A DNA stretch of 33,515 bases from Hormoscilla sp. (lineage in GTDB: Bacteria > Cyanobacteriota > Cyanobacteriia > Cyanobacteriales > Desertifilaceae): contig JBFRWI010000060.1 in NCBI GenBank assembly GCA_051439505.1, positions 1 to 33,515 of the forward strand, read 5' to 3'. The translations under genes and the position numbers were made by a program. Numbering within the stretch: position 1 is the stretch's first letter; the number at the start of each line of letters is the position of its first letter. Shown here one piece after another: positions 24,194 through 33,515 of the stretch. The notes beneath the pieces were generated by a model. The model did no database searches. It had not been told where the DNA came from and was given only the letters and a program-made list of their open reading frames with translations.

Positions 24194-27100
24194 GGTGATC
24201 CTCCCGTCTTGGCAATGTAAAGTTAAAACTGCTGCCCTCACCCAGGGTACTCTCAGCCCAGATCTGCCCGCCGTGCTGCTCGATAATGCTCCGGCAAATG
24301 GCTAGCCCCAAACCGGTCCCTCCTTTTTGGCGCGAGTCTGAGGCATCAACCTGACCGAAGCGCTCGAAGATGCTTTCCAGTTTATCAGCAGGAATGCCAC
24401 AACCTCGGTCTTTGACTTGAAATAGTATCGGCTGCGAGCAATCAGGGATTAGACAGTAGGGATGAGATTCAACGGAGTCATTACTGTCGTGGCAGGCAGA
24501 ACAGGATTCTCCGCTCTCTGATTGCTGTTGAACTGTCAACAAAACTGTGGAGCCTTTGGGGGAAAATTTGATGGCATTACTCAGCAGGTTGGTCAGTACC
24601 TGGATAATCCGATCGCTGTCTGCATGTAACTCTATGTCTTGGGAGCATACGGATATAGTTACTTCAGCTTGGTTGGCCATTACTTGGATCAGTTCTGTGG
24701 CTTTGAACATCAAGTCAGCTGCCTTCACCTGCTGCTTTGATAACTTGATTTTACCGGACTTCAAGCGTTCTAACTCCAGAATGTCGTTGACAAGTTGCAC
24801 TAGGCGATCGCTGTTTTCGGTGGTAATTTGCAGGATCCGCTTACCTCTGTCAGACTGAGGTTCCACTAGACCACTCGATAGCAAGTTCAAACCACCGTGA
24901 ATTGCCGTTAGGGGGGTGCGGAGTTCGTGGCTGACAACGGAGATAAACTCATCTTTCATCCGTTCGAGGGCGTAGCGTTCCGTGATGTCTTCTCCGATGC
25001 TCATGGTCCCGATCGCCTTTCCCCGGGCATCGTGCAGCCTGGTATTATTCCAGGCAATCATTCTCTCTTCTCCCGACTTGGTGAGAATTATGTTTTGGTA
25101 GTGGGGTTCAAAATCTCGTTCTAGGATTTCCCAGAAATATTCGTTTACCTGCGGTCGATCGCGCTTGGGCAGGAAGGTAGCAAACCAATCTGAACCTAAA
25201 ACTTCTGCTTCAGTATACCCCACCAATTCTAGAAAGAAGGGATTGACATATTCAACTTTCCCCGCGCGATCGAGTCCGACAACTACCAGGCGCACGTTCT
25301 CTAGGAGACTGCGCCAACGTCTTTCTGACTCTCGCAGGGTGCTAATGTCCCGGGCAATAGTGGAAAGCATATTCACCTTGCCGTCGGTTCCTTGATGAGC
25401 AATAATCAGTTGGGAGAGGGGCACTTCGCGGCCATCGCAGTTTAAGATAGCTGTTTCCCCGATCCAACTGCCATCTCGCATTGCTGTAGGAATACCCTCT
25501 GTTTGGATAATATCATTTACCCAGTCGGGATGTCCTGTGGAGATCTGGAAATTGTCAATCTCTTCATTTTCACCCAAACCGAGGATTTTCCGGGCAGCTT
25601 TGTTGAAGTATAATACCTGTCCATCAACGCTGCTGGAAGAGATGAAGTCAGGAGTGGCTTCGACGATCGCGATCAGTTTAGCTCGTTCTGCTTCGGCTAG
25701 TTTGCGATCGGTGATATCGATACAGGAGCCAATGTAACCTGCAAAGCTGCCATCAGCATTATATCGAGGAATGGCTCTATCTAAGAGCCAACGATACTCG
25801 CCATCGGCTCGTTGCAGGCGATATTCCATCTGAAAAGGTTTCCGGGCATGAAAGGAAGTCAGATAAATATCTAAGCAGTAGTGAAAATCTTCCGGATGCA
25901 CGTTTTCAGTCCAGCCGTTGCCCAGTTCCTGTTCTAGGGTCCGTCCGGTAAACTCTAACCAGGGTTGGTTGAAAAATGTGCAGAGGCCATCCGTTCCCGA
26001 TACCCACAGCAGCACCGGGGCGCTGTCTGCCATTGTGCGGAAGCGGGCTTCACTCTCCCGCAATGCTGCTACTCTGACTTCTAACAGATCGTGAGCTGCT
26101 TGTAAAGCTGACTCTATCCGTTTGCGATCGGTAATATCGCGAGCCACCCAGGTGACTGCATCCGTTGATATGGGCACGATATTGGCCGCAAACCAAACTT
26201 CGGACTCTTCAACCTGGATATAATACTCGAAATTAACGATCTCTTGTGTCTCTAAAGCCAGTCTAATTTGGCTGTAAAAATTTTCGGCCCGCTCGCCATC
26301 AACAAATTGTTCTATCGTTTTGTTGATAACGTCAGAGGTCTCACCGTAGAAGCGTTGGGGATTTGTCGGCGCAACTTTGATAGAATTTTCCGTGACATCA
26401 ATCACCAGGACTATATCAGTCATTGCCTCAAAGAAGGCGCGAAATTCTGCCTCCGAAGTGCGGATCTTCTGTTCGAGCAACTGGCGTTCCCTGATTTCCA
26501 GTTCCAGTGAGGCGGTCCGTTCAGTCACGCGCCGTTCCAGTTGGACATTCAGGCGGCGAATTTCTGCTCCTGAGCGTTGGCGTTCGGCAAGTTCCGTTTG
26601 TAATTTATGATATAGTTCATATTTCTGGATCGCGATCGCCACCTTAGTTACAATTTCTCCGAGCAAATCTATTTCCGACTGCTGCCATTTTCGGGGGGCC
26701 GAGCATTCTTGGGCAACCAGTAATCCCCACAGGCGATTATTACTTTCTGATTCGGTCTTTTCTACCTGGTCAAAACCCGTGGGTAAGGGATCCCCCCCTT
26801 CCGAAAGGGGGGGCTGGGGGGGGATCCGCACCTTTTCTACGGGAATATTCAGCAGGATGGGAATGACAAAGTTAGCTCTTACCTGCAACTGTTCCATCAA
26901 TTCAAGATAACATGGAGCTAGCTGGGAGCGGGAAATATCTTCTATGACCTGAATGGGATAACCTTGTCGGTATAGATCGATCTTGGCTGCGGGAAAACAA
27001 GGATCTGCGCTTACCTCCCTACCGTGAATTGACCAGCGTTCGTCACTAACCGCTTCGATGGCCACTTCTCCACTCCGGTCTGGACCAAAGCGGTAAATAA

Positions 27101-28067
27101 ACACCCGATCGCATTCTAGCCACTGACGCACTTCTGTCGCAGTATCCTGGAGAATTTCTGCTATATTTATTGATTGACTGATCTTAAGGGAAATGCTGGA
27201 TAATATTCGTTCTCGTTCCACCTGCTTTTGCAATACTTGTACGCGCCGATAGATTGCGGCTGGATCGATCGCTTGGAGAATGCTAGTCTGGGTGATGATC
27301 CCGGCTAAATTCCCGACAGCATTGCAGACGACCAAACGCCGGACCCGATACTGCTGCATTTGCTGATGGGCTACCCAAAGAGAATCTTCGGGGGATATGG
27401 GTAGCAAGGGCGTACTCATGACTGTCTGGGCGGGGGTGTGGCGGAAATCTAAGCCCAGATTTTGGTACTGGAGAATGTCCCGTTCGGTGACAATTCCTAG
27501 AGGGGCGATCGCCCCGTCAGCATCTGCGCGAGTAACAACAACGCAACTGACCGAGTTTTCAGCCATCAGTTGTACTAACTGCAATAGGGGAGTTTCAGGT
27601 GATGCGCGAACTACTTGAGAGTTCATCACTTCCTCTACCTGCCGCAGTTGCATTAAATCTGACGGTTGCAGGGCTTGGCGGAGGCTGCTATGTTCGATCA
27701 GTCCCACCAGTTGTCCCCGTCCATCTACAACTGGCAGGTGACGAATGCGGTGCTGGCTCATGATGTTCAGGATGGTCAAAAAATCCTGGGCTCGATCTTC
27801 TCTTAAGGCGATCGGTTCTCTGGTCATCACCCCATCAATGGTCGCCTCTTCTGTCAAGGTACCCGAGGCAATTAATCTGACCAAATCTCGTTCTGTAAAG
27901 ATACCAGTCAGACTCCCTCCCTCGACAATCAATATCGAACTGGATCGTGCTTGACTCATTTGAGCGATCGCCTTCTGAATGGCGGTATTGGGGCTAACCG
28001 TAAGTGGATGGCGATGCATTGCCATTCTCATCGGCATTGTCGGTACTGGTGGTTCTGTGGATGTCAT
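24165..28067 (-). CDS. Sensor kinase: 4xCBS-GAF(DXCF cyanobacteriochrome)-4xPAS-HisKA-HATPase
   Basis: GIFTERD and GIVTERD CBS motifs; GAF with ADPCF and PCYLELM; four PAS repeats; SHELRTPL; GTGLGLAIC. Confidence 0.92.
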   Translation of the reverse strand: MTSTEPPVPTMPMRMAMHRHPLTVSPNTAIQKAIAQMSQARSSSILIVEGGSLTGIFTERDLVRLIASGTLTEEATIDGVMTREPIALREDRAQDFLTILNIMSQHRIRHLPVVDGRGQLVGLIEHSSLRQALQPSDLMQLRQVEEVMNSQVVRASPETPLLQLVQLMAENSVSCVVVTRADADGAIAPLGIVTERDILQYQNLGLDFRHTPAQTVMSTPLLPISPEDSLWVAHQQMQQYRVRRLVVCNAVGNLAGIITQTSILQAIDPAAIYRRVQVLQKQVERERILSSISLKISQSINIAEILQDTATEVRQWLECDRVFIYRFGPDRSGEVAIEAVSDERWSIHGREVSADPCFPAAKIDLYRQGYPIQVIEDISRSQLAPCYLELMEQLQVRANFVIPILLNIPVEKVRIPPQPPLSEGGDPLPTGFDQVEKTESESNNRLWGLLVAQECSAPRKWQQSEIDLLGEIVTKVAIAIQKYELYHKLQTELAERQRSGAEIRRLNVQLERRVTERTASLELEIRERQLLEQKIRTSEAEFRAFFEAMTDIVLVIDVTENSIKVAPTNPQRFYGETSDVINKTIEQFVDGERAENFYSQIRLALETQEIVNFEYYIQVEESEVWFAANIVPISTDAVTWVARDITDRKRIESALQAAHDLLEVRVAALRESEARFRTMADSAPVLLWVSGTDGLCTFFNQPWLEFTGRTLEQELGNGWTENVHPEDFHYCLDIYLTSFHARKPFQMEYRLQRADGEYRWLLDRAIPRYNADGSFAGYIGSCIDITDRKLAEAERAKLIAIVEATPDFISSSSVDGQVLYFNKAARKILGLGENEEIDNFQISTGHPDWVNDIIQTEGIPTAMRDGSWIGETAILNCDGREVPLSQLIIAHQGTDGKVNMLSTIARDISTLRESERRWRSLLENVRLVVVGLDRAGKVEYVNPFFLELVGYTEAEVLGSDWFATFLPKRDRPQVNEYFWEILERDFEPHYQNIILTKSGEERMIAWNNTRLHDARGKAIGTMSIGEDITERYALERMKDEFISVVSHELRTPLTAIHGGLNLLSSGLVEPQSDRGKRILQITTENSDRLVQLVNDILELERLKSGKIKLSKQQVKAADLMFKATELIQVMANQAEVTISVCSQDIELHADSDRIIQVLTNLLSNAIKFSPKGSTVLLTVQQQSESGESCSACHDSNDSVESHPYCLIPDCSQPILFQVKDRGCGIPADKLESIFERFGQVDASDSRQKGGTGLGLAICRSIIEQHGGQIWAESTLGEGSSFNFTLPRREDHHDQQANSSD
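26757..26840. mobile_element. Deleted MITE-2 relative inserted in frame in the GAF domain (66 bp plus 9-bp duplication)
   Basis: CTTTTCTAC at 26757-26765 and 26832-26840. The interior shares tggtcaaaacccgt and the C-run/G-run...ggatc core with 15963-16112. Confidence 0.8.
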
Positions 28068-28150
28068 TTCATTTATCAGTCCTGGATCGATTTAATATCT
28101 ATTTTACCAAATTATAGCAGTTCTCAAATTAGTGTGATATGTTGTTGGGG

Positions 28151-28222
28151 AGATTGCTTCGGGGGGGGGTTGACTCATAAAGCATAAGTTGATCGCGGAG
28201 TACCCCCCCCCTCGCAATGACA
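28151..28222. repeat. Palindromic element with G9/C9 arms between co-oriented genes
   Basis: gattgcttc-G9-...-C9-tcgcaatgac. Confidence 0.6.
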
Positions 28223-28268
28223 AATAGGCTATGAAAGCTGTACCACATCAATGCCTTCGAGATGAGCT

Positions 28269-30653
28269 TTATTGCACGGGTAATACCCGATTTCGACCTG
28301 CTGCTTTAGCTTGGTAGAGGGTGGTATCAGCGGCCCGATAGAGTGCTTGCAGGTCAGTTCCATCCTGGGGATACTCGGCCACCCCCGCACTGAAGGTGAC
28401 ATAAAACTGGTGATTATTGGCATCGGTAAAGGCGTGCTGACGCAGGTTTTCCAGGAATGCGGTCAGTCGTTCCACGCCCATATCTTTGGACATCCCGTAG
28501 ATCCCGACGACAAACTCTTCGCCGCCCCAACGACCTACCACATCTTCACTGCGGAACTGTTGCTTGAGCAGTTCTCCCACCTGACTCAGGACCCGATCGC
28601 CTGCATCGTGACCGTGCTGGTCATTGACTTGTTTGAACTTGTCTAAATCCAATAGTATCAAACATAAAAGCTGTTTGTGGCGTTCTGCCAAATGCAGCAT
28701 GCGGGTGAGTTCCTGTTCCGATTTCCGCCGGTTTTTAATACCAGTTAGCCCATCAGTTTCCGACAGTTTGCGCCGCATGAAATGGCGTTCCAGTCGATTC
28801 ATAACCCGGGCAATTAGTTCTGGTGGTACAATTGGCTTCTGCACGTAGTCATCAGCGCCAGATGTAAACACCTGATGCAATGTTTCGGCATCTATGTGAG
28901 CTGATAAAAACAGCACGGGCAAATCATTCCACTGTGGGTCATTGCGCACTACTTTGCACAGGTCTATCCCGCTAAACTCTGGCATTTCTATATTTAAGAT
29001 TAGTAAATCTGGAGCAGATTGTTCTAGGGTATTCCAGAACTGCTTGGTGTCGTCTAGCAAGGTTATTTGAAATCCCCAAGGTTCTAGGATTGTGCGCAGC
29101 AGGTCCAGTATCTGAGGGTCATCGTCTACTATCAGCAGCTTGGCCACGGGCGGGTCGGTTTTTTCCATAACTTGAGCGATCTCCTCCATGATTTGAGTGG
29201 TAGATATGGGTTTCTGGAGAAAGCCCCGCGCTCCCAAACGAGCCACTTTTACCCGGTCAATAAAGTTCTCTTGAGCGGTAAATACTAACACGGGTACGGG
29301 GGATTGAGTCTGTTCTGCTAACAATTGAAACCCGTTTTCTGCCTGTTCGGGAAACCCGAGATCCAAGAGTATGACATCTGGTTGCTTGCGGGCGATCGCG
29401 GCTCTGGCCTGGGCGATATTCAAAGCCGCCTCTGCCTCCATTCCCCAGGCGATCGCCTCTTTTACCACTGCTTCTGCTAGGGCCACATCATCATCCACAA
29501 CTAATAATCTCGATTGCTTTATCGATGGAGATTTATGATAGTGGATACTGCTGATATCCCCCGAGCTAGATAATATGGGATTATCCGACGTTTCTGCCGC
29601 CCAGTCCGCAGTACCTTGCTCTATTTCCCGCCCTAGCGCTATTATCAGTTCTTCGAGATATTCCATCGAAGGGCGATCGGGCAATTCTTGAGCTTGCAAA
29701 ATCTCTTCTATTTCCCGGGATTTCAGAAAAGCTTCTCGAAAGCCAAAGCTACCTAAGGAGCCCGCTAGGGTGTGAACTTCCCGCAAAGCCTGCTGTCGCA
29801 ATTCTGGCGTCATCTGGTCCGATCTCCAAGCCGTTACCGCCCGATCGACTACCGCTAGGCGATCGCTATAGTTCTGCTTATATTGTTCCCAAATCGCTCT
29901 CACCTCTAGCCCTGTACCGTCTCCACTATCTGGGAATTTTTGCTTTTGACCTTCTTTCCTGGTTTTCTCTCCTTCTGCTTTTATTGATTTCAATCGATAT
30001 CCCAGTCCGTAAATAGTTTCTATAAAATCTGCTGGGGCACTTGCTTTTTTCAGCTTTTGCCGCAAGCCTTTAATCTGCGTTCTGACAGCATTTTCTGAAG
30101 GCGGTTCGTCAAATTCCCATATTTTATCTATCAGTACGGTTTGGCTGAATATCCTCTTGGGGTTGCGTAAAAATAGCTCCATTAGGGCATACTCTTTCGC
30201 CGTCAACTGCAACATTTCTCCGTCATATTTTACCTCGCAAATACTCGGGTCTAGACACAGCTTTCTCCATTCTAACACGGGCTTATTGGTCGCACTTCCG
30301 CGACGCAACAAAGCCCTGATTCTCGCTAATAACTCTTGGACATCAAAGGGTTTGACGACATAATCATCTGCTCCCGCATCTAATCCCTGCACCTTTTTCT
30401 TGCTACTGTCTTGTGCCGTGAGCAGCATAATGGGAGTGCGATCGCCCTTTGCTCGTAGTCTTTGGCACAATTCGATTCCGTTTAACTTTGGCAGCATCAA
30501 GTCCAGCACCATCAAATCATATTCTAATATTTTTGCCAGTTCCCAGCCCTCCTGACCAGCTGTCGCTATATCTACTTGATAATGCTGATTTGTCAGAGCT
30601 TTTTTTACTACTTCAGCAATGGCAGCGTCATCTTCCACTAGCAGTATTCTCAC
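28269..30653 (-). CDS. Multidomain response regulator REC-wHTH-HPt-REC-REC-GGDEF (RcaC-like with diguanylate cyclase domain)
   Basis: OmpR-type REC plus IETIYGLGYRL; HPt VHTLAGSLGSFG; two further REC domains; RSED I-site and GGEEF. GTG start. Confidence 0.92.
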   Translation of the reverse strand: MRILLVEDDAAIAEVVKKALTNQHYQVDIATAGQEGWELAKILEYDLMVLDLMLPKLNGIELCQRLRAKGDRTPIMLLTAQDSSKKKVQGLDAGADDYVVKPFDVQELLARIRALLRRGSATNKPVLEWRKLCLDPSICEVKYDGEMLQLTAKEYALMELFLRNPKRIFSQTVLIDKIWEFDEPPSENAVRTQIKGLRQKLKKASAPADFIETIYGLGYRLKSIKAEGEKTRKEGQKQKFPDSGDGTGLEVRAIWEQYKQNYSDRLAVVDRAVTAWRSDQMTPELRQQALREVHTLAGSLGSFGFREAFLKSREIEEILQAQELPDRPSMEYLEELIIALGREIEQGTADWAAETSDNPILSSSGDISSIHYHKSPSIKQSRLLVVDDDVALAEAVVKEAIAWGMEAEAALNIAQARAAIARKQPDVILLDLGFPEQAENGFQLLAEQTQSPVPVLVFTAQENFIDRVKVARLGARGFLQKPISTTQIMEEIAQVMEKTDPPVAKLLIVDDDPQILDLLRTILEPWGFQITLLDDTKQFWNTLEQSAPDLLILNIEMPEFSGIDLCKVVRNDPQWNDLPVLFLSAHIDAETLHQVFTSGADDYVQKPIVPPELIARVMNRLERHFMRRKLSETDGLTGIKNRRKSEQELTRMLHLAERHKQLLCLILLDLDKFKQVNDQHGHDAGDRVLSQVGELLKQQFRSEDVVGRWGGEEFVVGIYGMSKDMGVERLTAFLENLRQHAFTDANNHQFYVTFSAGVAEYPQDGTDLQALYRAADTTLYQAKAAGRNRVLPVQ

Positions 30654-30725
30654 CGATCTATTCCTCTCTTCTTTCTCCCTCTCCCTCCATTATACTCTAT
30701 CCTTCCCACTCTGACAACCCTTTTG

Positions 30726-30823
30726 GCTAATTGCTAATTGCTAATGGGTAATTGCTAATTGCTAATGGCTAATGGCTAATTGCTAATGGCTAATTGCTAA
30801 TTGCTAATTGCTAATTGCTAATT
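30726..30823. repeat. Heptamer tandem repeat (GCTAATK)x14, STRR-like
   Basis: 14 consecutive units, one variant (ggtaatt). Confidence 0.93.
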
Positions 30824-30845
30824 GTTCATCGTTCATGATTATTCA

Positions 30846-32483
30846 CTATTCACTATTCGCAAGTAAAGGAGCCGCTTGCAGCAGAGTTTGAGTGTAAGGA
30901 TGCTGAGGGTTAGTAAAGATATCGGTAGTGGAACCGAGTTCGACAATTTTACCTTGGTTCATCACGGCAATGCGATCACACAGAAACCTGGCCACCCAGA
31001 GGTCGTGAGTAATAAACAGATAAGTAAGGTCAAAATCCCGTTTGAGTTCTAACATTAAATCTAGCACTTGGGACTGGACGCTGGCATCTAGCATGCTGAC
31101 CGGTTCGTCGCAGATCAGCAGTTGCGGACGGGTAATTAAAGCCCGGGCGATCGCGACTCGTTGCTGCTGTCCCCCAGACAACTCACCCGGATATCTGTAA
31201 TAATAATCAGCAGTTGGAGTTAACCCGACTCTTTCTAACATGGACATTACTTGTGCTTTAGCATCACCTTGAGTAGCCAACTTGTGAATAAACAGCGGAT
31301 CTGCTATACTTTGTCCTACAGTCATCAAGGGATTTAGACAAGCATGGGGGTCTTGAAACACCATTTGCATTTGTCGGCGCCACCCCCGCAGACTGCGAGG
31401 TGAAGCTTTCGTTAAATTTTCTCCCAGAAACTCCACCTTGCCAGCGGTGGGGCGCACAAGCTGTAAAATGCTGCGAGATAGGGTACTTTTGCCGCAACCA
31501 GATTCTCCGACTAATCCCAGAATCTCCCCAGGATATAATTCTAAGCTGACTCCATCCACTGCTTTAATTATGGGAGTGTTTTTTCTAAACAGCTGTTCGA
31601 CAAAATTGCCTTCCAAGGTATAATGCTGCTGTAAGTCGGTAACCCGCAGTAGAGGCGAATTGTCAGTTTTGACTTCTGATATTTTATCCTCGAGGGCTTG
31701 AATGTGGAGTGCAGCTTGTAGGAGCGATCGGGTATAGTCATGTGTGGGATGTTGCAGCACCTGTTGCGTAGTTCCCATTTCCACGATCTCACCGCCATAC
31801 ATGACCGCAATGCGATCGCAGTATTCTCCGATCATAGCCAGATCGTGGGAAATTAACAGCAGCGCCAGGGTCCGTTCTTGACAGAGGCGCGTCAGTTCCT
31901 GGAGAATTTGTGCCGCTACCGTCACGTCCAAGCTAGTAGTGGGTTCGTCGGCGACAATTATTTTTGGGTTCAGCACCAATGCTAGGGCGATCGCCACCCG
32001 CTGTCGCATCCCACCACTAAACTCGTGAGGATACTGTCCCCAGCGATCAGCAGAAATATTTACCGCTTCTAAAGTAGAAATTGCTCTTTGCTTTGCTTCA
32101 CGGCGCGAAAGTTGCGGTTCGTGCGATCGCAGAGTTTCCAGACAATGTTCCCCGATCGTCATCAAAGGATCCAGACGAGTCATGGGGTCTTGAAACACCA
32201 GGGCCACAGCTTCTCCGCGAAAGCGGCGCAACAGTTTTGGAGAAAGATCGAACACCGACTCCCCCGCAAAAGTTACCCGTCCCTCCAGGCGAGAACCAGT
32301 GGGTAAAAGTCGCATCACCCCACGTCCCAGAGTAGACTTACCACAACCAGATTCTCCCACCAAACCCAATTTTTCTCCAGGTTTGAGAGTAAAAGAGACA
32401 TCATCCACCGCCCAACTAGCTGTTCCGTGAAGTTGGGGATAAGCGACTCGCAGATTTTCCACAGAAAGTAGGACTTCACTCAT
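30846..32483 (-). CDS. ABC transporter ATP-binding protein with two ATPase domains (peptide/nickel family)
   Basis: Two GESGCGKST Walker A motifs; FSGGMRQR and [12 protein letters not shown] and DEPV; HPYT. Confidence 0.95.
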   Translation of the reverse strand: MSEVLLSVENLRVAYPQLHGTASWAVDDVSFTLKPGEKLGLVGESGCGKSTLGRGVMRLLPTGSRLEGRVTFAGESVFDLSPKLLRRFRGEAVALVFQDPMTRLDPLMTIGEHCLETLRSHEPQLSRREAKQRAISTLEAVNISADRWGQYPHEFSGGMRQRVAIALALVLNPKIIVADEPTTSLDVTVAAQILQELTRLCQERTLALLLISHDLAMIGEYCDRIAVMYGGEIVEMGTTQQVLQHPTHDYTRSLLQAALHIQALEDKISEVKTDNSPLLRVTDLQQHYTLEGNFVEQLFRKNTPIIKAVDGVSLELYPGEILGLVGESGCGKSTLSRSILQLVRPTAGKVEFLGENLTKASPRSLRGWRRQMQMVFQDPHACLNPLMTVGQSIADPLFIHKLATQGDAKAQVMSMLERVGLTPTADYYYRYPGELSGGQQQRVAIARALITRPQLLICDEPVSMLDASVQSQVLDLMLELKRDFDLTYLFITHDLWVARFLCDRIAVMNQGKIVELGSTTDIFTNPQHPYTQTLLQAAPLLANSE

Positions 32484-32513
32484 TATTATTTGTTATTTGT
32501 TATTTGTTAGACA

Positions 32514-32697
32514 GGCCCGCCGGGGGTTTGAAGATGCTGTGGGCGAATTACGAGATCTCCGCGTTTGGGAGTAGGGAGTGGGGAGTGGGGAGTGGGGAGA
32601 AAGTCCCGGAGTGGTGGGGGTGGGGGAGATTTGGGGGGTTTCACCCCCCAGTTAATTGCCCCACAGTATCTTTGAACCCCCGGCGGGCCAGGAGACC
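32514..32697. repeat. REP-like palindrome (family A), interrupted by MITE-1
   Basis: ggcccgccgggggt-TTGA-[insert]-TTGA-acccccggcgggcc-aggagac; the right part is identical to the end of the 6036-6099 unit. Confidence 0.88.
32532..32671. mobile_element. MITE-1 copy 2 (140 bp, 4-bp TSD TTGA)
   Basis: Ends agatgctgtgggcgaatta / taattgccccacagtatct. TTGA at 32528-32531 and 32672-32675. Internal (GGGAGTR)x4. Confidence 0.87.
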
Positions 32698-32827
32698 AAC
32701 CTCCAATAGTGCAAGATCGCAAGTGTAAATTGTATCGCAGGATACAATTTATGGCAAGAAAACAGGCTGAAAGCCTATATTTGGCGGATATATAAGTTTT
32801 ACTTATCACCCAAACCCAAGGAGACAG

Positions 32828-32844
32828 GGGTTTTGACCACATCC
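32828..32844 (-). mobile_element. Solo MITE-2-type end
   Basis: Reverse complement ggatgtggtcaaaaccc versus gggtgtggtcaaaaccc at 15963 (16/17). Confidence 0.55.
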
Positions 32845-32891
32845 ATCCATTGTATCGCCCAAATGCGGGAGCCCTACAGGTGCTTCCCATC

Positions 32892-33252
32892 AGAGAGAAC
32901 AAAAAAAGGCCCTTTTGGGAAAACCACCAATTTTTACGGTCTAATATACCCCCCCCCTGTGGAGTTGTACAAAAATGGCCATAAAGGAAAGAAGCTTTGG
33001 TTACTCACACAATATAGTAAGCAATTCAAAATTCACATCACCAAATTATTGCATTGGGAAAGTCTTTAAGAGCAAGTAGCGGGGAGACTTTCATCTCCTG
33101 ATCTGTAGCAACCATTGGAAAATAACGATGACGGCGCAACACATAGTTGCGCCTTTCCTTAAGGTATTGGGGTGGCCCTTCCTATCTTGAGAGAGAACAA
33201 AAAAGGCCATTTTTGGGAAAACAGCCTATTTTTACGATCCATAACCTCCCCC
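32892..33252 (+). repeat. Two imperfect ~65-bp direct repeats (32892-32957 and 33190-33252)
   Basis: agagagaac-A6/7-ggcc..ttttgggaaaac...atttttacg.tc...cccc in both. Confidence 0.75.
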
Positions 33253-33380
33253 TCACAGGGGTATTTGGTTTGTTTGAGGGGGTGAGGGGGTAGTGAGGGG
33301 GTGAGGGGGTATAAAAGTCAATCAACATGGCTCTCTAATAGACAATTATGACAAAAAGCCGCTCCCTCAAGGGAAAAATT

Positions 33381-33515
33381 TCTTTTCTCGCCGATCGAAG
33401 GATCTTTTCTCGCCGATCGAAGGATCTTTTCTCGCCGATCGAAGGATCTTTTCTCGCCGATCGAAGGATCTTTTCTCGCCGATCGAAGGATCTTTTCTCG
33501 CCGATCGAAGGATCT
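33381..33515. repeat. Perfect 22-bp tandem repeat (TCTTTTCTCGCCGATCGAAGGA), at least 6 copies, runs off the window
   Basis: Six identical units plus a partial one; no spacers. Confidence 0.95.

Noticed and set aside
33381..33515. CRISPR array
   Set aside because: Units are contiguous with no spacers, and there are no cas genes in the window.

Overview
Cyanobacterial chromosomal DNA: the HIP1 octamer GCGATCGC is very frequent, and there are heptamer tandem repeats and cyanobacteriochrome GAF domains. Two photosensory signalling clusters are present. The first (+ strand) is a biliverdin-type phytochrome (CphB/AphB-like), its cognate response regulator, a REC-GAF(DXCF)-PAS-HK-REC hybrid kinase and a REC-HK; a REP-flanked Y1 transposase island interrupts it. 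The second (- strand) is a REC-wHTH-HPt-REC-REC-GGDEF protein, a CBS-GAF(DXCF)-PAS kinase and CheY-like regulators. Housekeeping-type genes include icd, a CrtH-like oxidoreductase, a ComF-family protein, a PEP-utilising enzyme and a double ABC ATPase. An accessory patch (14.2-18.4 kb) carries an FG-GAP beta-propeller protein, a PD-(D/E)xK nuclease-like ORF with no ATG and two frameshifted paralogous immunity-like genes. The most striking unannotated structure is a layer of small mobile DNA. (i) A 140-151 bp MITE occurs twice, each time inserted exactly in the loop of the same REP palindrome family with a 4-bp target duplication. (ii) A second, 150-bp MITE has 11-bp TIRs and a 9-bp TSD, and a deleted relative of it sits in frame inside a photoreceptor GAF domain. 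All family assignments are from motif recognition by eye, not from database searches.
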